NCBI GenBank assembly: GCA_015494465.1
Contig: WGBD01000007.1
Coordinates: 3,009-67,008 of the forward strand
Direction of reading: 5' to 3'
From: Candidatus Omnitrophota bacterium
GTDB taxonomy: Bacteria > Omnitrophota > Gorgyraeia > S143-82
DNA length: 64,000 bases
In this document: positions 57,364-64,000 of the stretch, one piece after another
Position numbering within the stretch: position 1 is the first letter of the stretch
How the letters are laid out: every line of letters starts with the position of its first letter
Notes under the pieces: generated by a model
Databases searched by the model: none
Told to the model about the DNA's origin: nothing
What the model saw: only the letters and a program-made list of their open reading frames with translations
Translations under genes and position numbers: made by a program

Positions 57364-58052
57364 AACACCTTCACTATCAAATCAGGATCGGCGTCTTTGA
57401 GCAACCTAGTGAGGCTTTCCAGGGTAGTGCCTGTGGTGATTATGTCGTCTACTAGGAGAACCGCCTTCCCACCCGATTGTCTAAATCTCCGAAACGATCC
57501 ATTCTTAAGGGAGAAGGCCCCTCGGATCGTCTTCCTCCTCTCACTTTTGTTCTTTAATCTGTGCAGTTCTGGCTTCCAGAAGCGCACTTCGAACAGCTCA
57601 ACCAGGTGGCTCTCCAACATCTCTGCTAAGGTCCTTGCCCACCACTGGGCGAGGTTGCCCGGCCTGAACACGACCCGCTTGAGCCAATGCATGGGCACGA
57701 ATGTGACCGCGTCTACACTCCCCAGGAGATCCCCCTGCTCGAGCAAGATCCTCTCCGTCCTTTCTCGAATCAATCCCCGCAGGTGCCAATCACCTCCAAA
57801 CTTTACCCGGCGTACCAGCCTACCCGCCCGCTGATAAGGCCAAAGCCACCACACCCCATCAGCAGAGGGGACCCGTTTAGCCTTTTCTGCCCCCAGGGAG
57901 AGATCGTACGAGAAATAAGACAAACACCCCCTACAAAGCCGGCCCCTGCCTGAAGGTGAACCGCAGAACTGGCATACCGGGGGCACGAGTTCGTCCAACA
58001 CCGCACCCGTCTGAGAGAAGAGAGCTTCAAACATAAAACGACTCGACGACAC
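57348..58052 (-). CDS. comF: ComF-family phosphoribosyltransferase-domain protein
   Basis: N-terminal double zinc ribbon (CQFCGS..CRGC). C-terminal PRTase motif VLLVDDIITTGTTL. Confidence 0.85.
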   Translation of the reverse strand: MSSSRFMFEALFSQTGAVLDELVPPVCQFCGSPSGRGRLCRGCLSYFSYDLSLGAEKAKRVPSADGVWWLWPYQRAGRLVRRVKFGGDWHLRGLIRERTERILLEQGDLLGSVDAVTFVPMHWLKRVVFRPGNLAQWWARTLAEMLESHLVELFEVRFWKPELHRLKNKSERRKTIRGAFSLKNGSFRRFRQSGGKAVLLVDDIITTGTTLESLTRLLKDADPDLIVKVFCICG

Positions 58053-58563
58053 CCTCCCAGAGTCCCTTTGCCTTCAACACCAGCTCTGCGATCTCCCGAA
58101 CCGCCCCTGCTCCACCCCTTCTCTTAGTCACATACGAGGCCACCGACTTGACCTCCTCGCAGGCGTTAGCCACCGCTATAGGCAGACCACATACGCGCAT
58201 AGGCCTTATGTCCACCAGGTCGTCCCCTACGAATCCGATCCTCTCCAGAGGGATCTGCAACTCCTCGCTCAACCTTTCTAAGGCCAATCTCTTGTTGTCC
58301 ACATGCTCCAGGACTATCTCCACCCCGCAATCCTGGGCCCGGCGAGATATGGTCCGAGACCCCTTTGCGCTCATAAAGGCCACCTTGATCCCACACCGCA
58401 CCAAAAGGGACAAACCCAGTCCGTCCTGTACATCGAAAGACTTGGTATCCTCACCGCTGGAGCTGTAGACGATCTTCCCGTCGGTCAACACCCCGTCCAC
58501 ATCGAAGACCATTAGATCGACTCGCTTGAACGCGTCAATCGGATAACTTACGATCCCATCCAT
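58027..58563 (-). CDS. kdsC: KDO 8-phosphate phosphatase (HAD-IIIA)
   Basis: 178 aa. FDVDGVLTDG and GDDLVD HAD motifs. KdsC-sized. Confidence 0.85.
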   Translation of the reverse strand: MDGIVSYPIDAFKRVDLMVFDVDGVLTDGKIVYSSSGEDTKSFDVQDGLGLSLLVRCGIKVAFMSAKGSRTISRRAQDCGVEIVLEHVDNKRLALERLSEELQIPLERIGFVGDDLVDIRPMRVCGLPIAVANACEEVKSVASYVTKRRGGAGAVREIAELVLKAKGLWEGVVESFYV

Positions 58564-59420
58564 AGCGTCTGTTCCTTTCTGGTCATCCTAGACCTCTTCC
58601 TCTCCAACACCTGCTTTATAAGGCGAACTGCCTCCGCAACATTGACGGACTCTGATTGGAAGATGTGATTGTCCTCACCCCAGAGTCGGTAACGCCAGCT
58701 CTCCTCTGCACTCCCTACCAGTCCGATCGAACCGTTCCTAAGGTAGGCGGATATCGCGACCTGCTCCACATCCGTACCAAGCACTACCTCCGCCCTGGCC
58801 AGAAGGGCTACCGCGTAACGGAAGTTCTTATTGAAGGAGATGCTCAAGGACCTGGAACGATAGAGATTGGATAGCATCTCCGCAATGGTTCCGTCGTCGT
58901 TAGAAGAGATCAGCACGAACCTCCGCTCGTAATCCACTAGCCTGTGTACCAGATCTGCAAAGCGGTATACGCTCCAATCTCCCCTCAGCTGAGATACATC
59001 TACCGCCAACACGATGTAACCATCCCCGGCCAACTCGCTGATTATCGACATGTAATCGTACTCTTCCCCGGAGAACCATATGCTCTCTCTGGGGAAGTCC
59101 CCAGAGAGAAAGTACTCAAGGGCAGACTCCCTTACTAACCCCCTCGCGGCGGAAAGGGCCATTGCGTACAACGGCCTCCTATTCCTAAAACCCTTGCGCA
59201 AGGCCCGAGAAAGATCCAGGTGTACACAACGATGCCCTGAGGGATTACAGTCGCTCACCCTCACGAATGGGTTGTCCTTCAACAGCAACTTGATGTGTCT
59301 TCCCGGAGCGCATACAGAGATCTCCCGAGACGGATCGTCTGTGAGCAAGAGATCGATAACGGGAAGACACATAACCGCCTTTACCCGATCGTGAGGGAAC
59401 CTCAGGCAGATCCTCTCCAT
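58548..59420 (-). CDS. Putative GT9-family glycosyltransferase (heptosyltransferase-like, divergent)
   Basis: About 290 aa from MERICL. Weak GT9-like N-terminal (KAVMCLPVIDLL) and C-terminal (ISAYLRNGSIGLVG) motifs. Confidence 0.45.
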   Translation of the reverse strand: MERICLRFPHDRVKAVMCLPVIDLLLTDDPSREISVCAPGRHIKLLLKDNPFVRVSDCNPSGHRCVHLDLSRALRKGFRNRRPLYAMALSAARGLVRESALEYFLSGDFPRESIWFSGEEYDYMSIISELAGDGYIVLAVDVSQLRGDWSVYRFADLVHRLVDYERRFVLISSNDDGTIAEMLSNLYRSRSLSISFNKNFRYAVALLARAEVVLGTDVEQVAISAYLRNGSIGLVGSAEESWRYRLWGEDNHIFQSESVNVAEAVRLIKQVLERKRSRMTRKEQTLWMGS

Positions 59421-59422
59421 CC

Positions 59423-60478
59423 TCAATCCCCAATCCTTGCAGTTATATACCTCATCACCAGCTCTACATCCACGGACTTTATACACTTCAGATCCGCTAC
59501 GCACTCCTCTAATATACAAGGCACCTTACATCCGGAAGGGACGAATATGTTGTTATCTCTTAAGTCTCCGTACAAACCAGTTATCGTGGGCGAGGTAGGG
59601 CCGAATATCGCGTATACCCGTCTGTTCACCGCGGATGCTATGTGGACTGGTCCGGTATCGTTGCCCACCACCACCCTGGCCAGCTCGGCCAAGGCAGCGA
59701 ACTGGTTTATGGTGGTCTTGCCCGCGGAGACGAAGATTCTATCCTTGAACTTAGACATCTCCACTATCTGCTCGCAGAGGAATACATCGCCTGCCCCCCC
59801 AGACAAGACCACATCCCACCCAAGATCTCCCACTATCCTATCCGCTAGGGCAGAAAAGCGTTCCGCTGGCCAGCGCTTTCGCTCCCAGTTGGCTCCGGGC
59901 AAAAGGAGCGCAAAGTCCTTGCGAATCCCCCAATATTCCAGGAGGTGCCTTACATAATTCCTACTCTCTTCCTCCACCTTGAAATCGTAGTGATAACCGT
60001 CGGGCGGTATACCTAGACTACCAACTATGCTCAGATAGTAATCCACTCTATGCATAGAATCGTAATCCAGATCGACTGCGTGCATCCCCAACCTGGCCCG
60101 TTTACGGGTGTATTGCCCGACTATGGTAGGGATCTTGGCCATCTTTAGGATGGCAGATCGGGTAAAGGATCTGTGGAAGAGGATACCCAAGTCGAAACAG
60201 CGGTTGTACAGCTCCATCACGAAGCTGAATGTCTTGCCCAAGGCCTGGAACCACCTGCGCTCGTCGAACAACAACAACTCGTCGACATTAGGGTTGGCCC
60301 GAATGACATCCGCCACCCTGGGAACCACCCAACAGGATATGTAGGCCTCAGGAAAGGCCTTTCTAACCGCTCTTATAGCGGGAGTAGTAAACATTATGTC
60401 GCCCAACCAGTTAGGTCCCACTATCAGGATCCGATAGATCTTGTCCTTCTTCCTGGGATTGCGCTTCAGTTCAACCAT
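59423..60478 (-). CDS. ADP-heptose:LPS heptosyltransferase (GT9)
   Basis: 351 aa. The GT9 signatures RILIVGPNWLGDIMFTTPAIRAV and GNDTGPVHIASAV. Confidence 0.85.
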   Translation of the reverse strand: MVELKRNPRKKDKIYRILIVGPNWLGDIMFTTPAIRAVRKAFPEAYISCWVVPRVADVIRANPNVDELLLFDERRWFQALGKTFSFVMELYNRCFDLGILFHRSFTRSAILKMAKIPTIVGQYTRKRARLGMHAVDLDYDSMHRVDYYLSIVGSLGIPPDGYHYDFKVEEESRNYVRHLLEYWGIRKDFALLLPGANWERKRWPAERFSALADRIVGDLGWDVVLSGGAGDVFLCEQIVEMSKFKDRIFVSAGKTTINQFAALAELARVVVGNDTGPVHIASAVNRRVYAIFGPTSPTITGLYGDLRDNNIFVPSGCKVPCILEECVADLKCIKSVDVELVMRYITARIGD

Positions 60479-61524
60479 AGCACCTGCCCGTCCCTGCGGA
60501 TCGCCCCTTCTATTTCCAAGAGACTAATATACGCCAAAAGCTCGGGCCTAGGAATATCCTTTAGAGAGATCAGCACCTCCTCCAGGGCCATGCGTCCTCG
60601 CTCTCGGATCAGTTCACATACGCGCAGTCTGATAGGATCCTCTTCGGTCTCGATCGGGCCTTCGGAGTCCCTCGCTCCAGTCTGCAGGCCGAGTTCCTCC
60701 ACCAACCAATCAACGGAGATCACCGGTATCGCGCCTTGGGATATTAGGCGATTGCAACCCACGGAGGTCCCGGAATCCACTGGCCCAGGGAAGGCGTAGA
60801 CATCCCTACCCTGCTCCACCGCCAGGTGGGCGGTTATCAGGGCTCCACTCCTCTCTCCTGCTTCCACGACGATCACCGCAGAGGATAGTCCCGATATGAT
60901 GCGGTTTCTTTGGGGAAAGGTATACTTTGCTGGGGAGGTGAAGGGTAGGTACTCACTCACCAATAGACCTCGCTCCATCACCTCTTGGAACAACCTCTTG
61001 TTCCCCGCGGGATAGGGCCTCGCCAGACCAGACCCCAGGACCACGACTGCCTGTCCCCCGTTCTCCAACACCGCCCTATGGACCACGGAATCTATCCCGT
61101 AGGCCCCACCACTTACCACCGCCCACCCAGAACCCGCGAGCACCCTACCCAACTTCTCTGCCATCACCTTCCCGTAGTGGCTTGGACGACGCGTGCCTAC
61201 CACCGCCAATGAGGGACGCTCCAGCAGGTCCTTCCTAGCCCCCATACAGAACAAGACCAGTGGTGGATCGGGTATCTCTCGCAGTAACTCAGGGAAATCC
61301 TGATCCCAATAGCTAACGACCTTCAAAGAAAGGGAGCGCTTTAAAAACTCCAGGTTTTTCTGGAAGAAGTCCTTCCGCTCCTCTTGGAGTTTCGTCAAGG
61401 GATCACGCACTGCCTCGTCCTCTACGAATGCCTTCAAAGAGCCTCTTTGACGGGCCAAGGCCCGCAGTCTGGAACTCGATTGGGCCAGATACAACCCCGC
61501 CAGTTCATCCACTCCTAAGGGCAC
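60466..61524 (-). CDS. dprA: DNA processing protein A (Smf)
   Basis: 352 aa. DprA Rossmann-like core LAVVGTRRPS..VVSGGAYGIDS and a C-terminal winged helix. Confidence 0.85.
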   Translation of the reverse strand: MPLGVDELAGLYLAQSSSRLRALARQRGSLKAFVEDEAVRDPLTKLQEERKDFFQKNLEFLKRSLSLKVVSYWDQDFPELLREIPDPPLVLFCMGARKDLLERPSLAVVGTRRPSHYGKVMAEKLGRVLAGSGWAVVSGGAYGIDSVVHRAVLENGGQAVVVLGSGLARPYPAGNKRLFQEVMERGLLVSEYLPFTSPAKYTFPQRNRIISGLSSAVIVVEAGERSGALITAHLAVEQGRDVYAFPGPVDSGTSVGCNRLISQGAIPVISVDWLVEELGLQTGARDSEGPIETEEDPIRLRVCELIRERGRMALEEVLISLKDIPRPELLAYISLLEIEGAIRRDGQVLWLN

Positions 61525-62014
61525 CCAGCACCTCCTCCGCCACCTCAGATGGTCCCTTGCCGTCGGTATCCACTACCAGGTGAGCGGTCTCCTCGTACCA
61601 CCGTCGCCTCTTCTCCATCAGCTCCCGGATCCTGCCCAAGGGATCGGGGACCTGGATCAACGGGCGATTCGTATCACCCTTTATCCTCTCGTAGGCCACC
61701 TCGGGAGAGGTCTTTAGGTAAACGACCCTACCGGTATCCCTCAGTATACGCCTGTTCTCTTCCTTTATTATCACCCCACCTCCGCACGAGACCACCCGCT
61801 TGGCCTCTCTAGCAACCCGCTTGAGGACCTGGGTCTCTATGTCTCTGAAGTAATTCTCCCCAAACCTAGAGAATATCTCGGGGATAGACATGCCAGCGGT
61901 CTCCACGATCACATCGTCCATGTCTACGAATCCAAATCCCAACCTCTCTGCCAGCAAGCTGCCAGTAGAGGTCTTCCCCGAACCCATAAAGCCTATCAGG
62001 TAGATCCTCTCCAT
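61505..62014 (-). CDS. aroK: Shikimate kinase
   Basis: 169 aa. P-loop GFMGSGKTS plus the DMDD and SCGGG motifs. Confidence 0.9.
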   Translation of the reverse strand: MERIYLIGFMGSGKTSTGSLLAERLGFGFVDMDDVIVETAGMSIPEIFSRFGENYFRDIETQVLKRVAREAKRVVSCGGGVIIKEENRRILRDTGRVVYLKTSPEVAYERIKGDTNRPLIQVPDPLGRIRELMEKRRRWYEETAHLVVDTDGKGPSEVAEEVLGALRSG

Positions 62015-62015
62015 C

Positions 62016-63107
62016 TCACTGCCCTCCCACTACCGAGACGATCGCGTCCTCTTTAGCAGCTATAATACCCTTCTCGGTGATTAGACCGGTTACCATGTAG
62101 AAAGGCGTTACATCAAAGGCATAGTTCAGGGCAGGACTGGCCTCTGGGCAGAGCAGGACATCAACCACCTCTCCATCGTACAACCCCCGGGCGTACTTGA
62201 CCTCCTCTTCTCCTCGCACCTCGATTGGTATCTCCTTGAGCCCGTCGGAAATGGAGAGGTCAAAACTGGATGTGGGCAAGGCTACATAAAAGGGGACGCC
62301 GTTGTCTCGGGCACTCAAGGCCTTGAGGTAGGTCCCTATCTTGTTCGCCACATCTCCCCGCCTCGAGACCCTGTCCGCACCGACTATCACCAGATCCACC
62401 ATACCGTGCTGCATTAGGTGTCCACCGGTGTTGTCGGCGATGACCGTATGCGGTACGCCCTGTTGGAGGAGCTCCCAGGCTGTAAGCCTTGCCCCCTGAT
62501 TGCGAGGACGGGTCTCGTCCACCCACACATGCACTGGGATACCTCGCCTGTGGGCCTCGTATACAGGTGCAGTGGCGGTACCGTAATCCACACAGGCCAG
62601 CCACCCCGCATTGCAGTGGGTGAGGATGTTCACCGTATCCTTTTTTCTGTCGTAGATGTCTTCTATAATCCTCACGCCCTCTTCTCCTATCATCTTACAG
62701 CGCAGGAGCTCTTCTGACTTTATCCTATCCGCCTCCTCCCGCAACCGCAGGAGCCATGATTCCGCATCCCTTCCCTCTGGACCGCCCACCCGGGACAGCA
62801 TCCTCTCTACCGCCCAGCTGAGGTTGACCGCGGTGGGACGCGCAACCTTCAGGGCGGAGACCAGGGACTCGAAAACCTCTCCTGAACCTCGACTATCCCT
62901 GCCCGCCAAGTACACTCCATAGGCACCCGCTACCCCTATGAGGATCGCCCCCCTCACATGCATCTCCTTTATCGCCTTTACCATCGCATCAGCGCTGGAT
63001 ATCTCCTCAACCACGAACTTATGCGGGAGATAACGCTGATCTATTACCTCCACACTGCCCCGCTCGTTCACCCAGATAGTGTGATAGGCCTTTCCATCCA
63101 CTAACAT
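62016..63107 (-). CDS. mtnA: Methylthioribose-1-phosphate isomerase / eIF-2B alpha-beta-delta-like isomerase
   Basis: 363 aa. MtnA-family motifs (GAILIGVAGAYG, the HCNAG-like TGGHLMQHG region, VVGADRV). Confidence 0.82.
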   Translation of the reverse strand: MLVDGKAYHTIWVNERGSVEVIDQRYLPHKFVVEEISSADAMVKAIKEMHVRGAILIGVAGAYGVYLAGRDSRGSGEVFESLVSALKVARPTAVNLSWAVERMLSRVGGPEGRDAESWLLRLREEADRIKSEELLRCKMIGEEGVRIIEDIYDRKKDTVNILTHCNAGWLACVDYGTATAPVYEAHRRGIPVHVWVDETRPRNQGARLTAWELLQQGVPHTVIADNTGGHLMQHGMVDLVIVGADRVSRRGDVANKIGTYLKALSARDNGVPFYVALPTSSFDLSISDGLKEIPIEVRGEEEVKYARGLYDGEVVDVLLCPEASPALNYAFDVTPFYMVTGLITEKGIIAAKEDAIVSVVGGQ

Positions 63108-63120
63108 CTCCGTCCTCCTT

Positions 63121-63966
63121 TTAACCGAGGGCCAGGATCACCGGCATGGTGATCAAACCAAAGACATGGGTGTAAAACAAAACCTGGCTTATAAACGGCG
63201 TGTCTCCTCCGTACCTTTCTGAGATCACCACCAAGGATACCGCCGAAGGGACAGCTGACTCTAACAATGCAAACCACCTGAGTCCGGGCGAGATGTCCCA
63301 GGGCACTATCCGCAAGATCAACAAGACCACTATCGGTATTAGCACGAGCTTCGTCACCACCGCAGTCACCAAGGCCCGGTTGTCCACATTGCATCGCATG
63401 CAGTTCATCCCCAATATCCCCCCCATCACCAACATGGACAGGGGGAGAACTGGACGAGAGAGGATCTCCAAGGTATTCCAGGCAAAGGCAGGTAGAAACC
63501 TATCCCAGCCCAATCCCGCCACACATATCCCCAGCACGGTGGTGATAAATGGGAGGTTGAATACCCGAGACAGCGGAAGCCCGGATCTAGATCCGCTGAT
63601 CAAGACCACACCCAAGGACCAGACCAAGAGGTTAAAACCGACGATAAACAAGAATACCCAGACATAGAAGACCTCCGCTTGGGGTCTGGGTAGCAGGACC
63701 GAGCCCATTATCAAGGGCATGTATCCGCAGTTCTGGAAAGAGACCACTGCGGAAAAGACGCGGGGATTCCTCAATCGAAGAGCCTTGGCAATCGCCCAAG
63801 AAAGACCCAGACTACCCAAAAGCATAGCTATACCCAACACCGGGAGGCCAAGCGCCAGGGTAAAACCGACCTGAGGAAAACCACGGCAGGTATGATAGAA
63901 AATAAAGGCAGGTAGAAAGACATCCGTGAGTAGAGAACTTATACCCTTGACCAATTCGCGGTCCAA
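63121..63966 (-). CDS. AEC-family (auxin efflux carrier-like) membrane transporter
   Basis: 281 aa, about 8-10 TM helices, AEC-like topology. Hydrophobic throughout. Confidence 0.6.
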   Translation of the reverse strand: MDRELVKGISSLLTDVFLPAFIFYHTCRGFPQVGFTLALGLPVLGIAMLLGSLGLSWAIAKALRLRNPRVFSAVVSFQNCGYMPLIMGSVLLPRPQAEVFYVWVFLFIVGFNLLVWSLGVVLISGSRSGLPLSRVFNLPFITTVLGICVAGLGWDRFLPAFAWNTLEILSRPVLPLSMLVMGGILGMNCMRCNVDNRALVTAVVTKLVLIPIVVLLILRIVPWDISPGLRWFALLESAVPSAVSLVVISERYGGDTPFISQVLFYTHVFGLITMPVILALG

Positions 63967-64000
63967 CCGTCCTAAACGGGCTAACCAATAGCCAATCCCC

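Overview
This 64 kb window looks like a strongly strand-biased chromosomal segment (about 60 of 62 genes on the minus strand, GC roughly 57%) from a diderm bacterium: it carries LptA/B/F/G, KdsC, two GT9 heptosyltransferases and two PEP-CTERM proteins. Most of it is housekeeping:
- ctpA, aroC, lspA, pgi-like, clpP-tig and lptAB.
- miaA, cdaA, argF/argD, pncBA and miaB-like.
- zupT / ferritin-like / fur-family metal cluster.
- purC, etfAB-bcd, fabG-acpP-fabF, leuS and pheA.
- scpAB, nusB-ribH, pilD, thyX, accA, ldt, folE, pilM-like, lipA, recA, yvcK and ptsN.
- five tRNAs, tsaE, hppA, purA, lptFG, comF, kdsC, dprA, aroK and mtnA.
I found no rRNA, CRISPR array, transposase or integrase.
Worth a second look:
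- (1) A roughly 700 bp low-GC islet carrying a minimal nucleotidyltransferase plus a leaderless small ORF, resembling a toxin-antitoxin cassette.
- (2) A 33-nt imperfect-palindrome element in two copies (29/33 identical), each just 3' of a minus-strand gene.
- (3) A 27-aa hydrophobic peptide ORF joined to cdaA by an ATGA stop/start overlap and sitting 7 nt upstream of miaA.
- (4) Two perfect or near-perfect 6-1-6 Fur/Zur-type boxes on the fur-family and ferritin-like promoters.
- (5) An orphan V/A-type ATPase proteolipid gene.
- (6) A recurring leaderless promoter architecture.
All calls are from reading the sequence and translated ORFs by eye. No database search was run.
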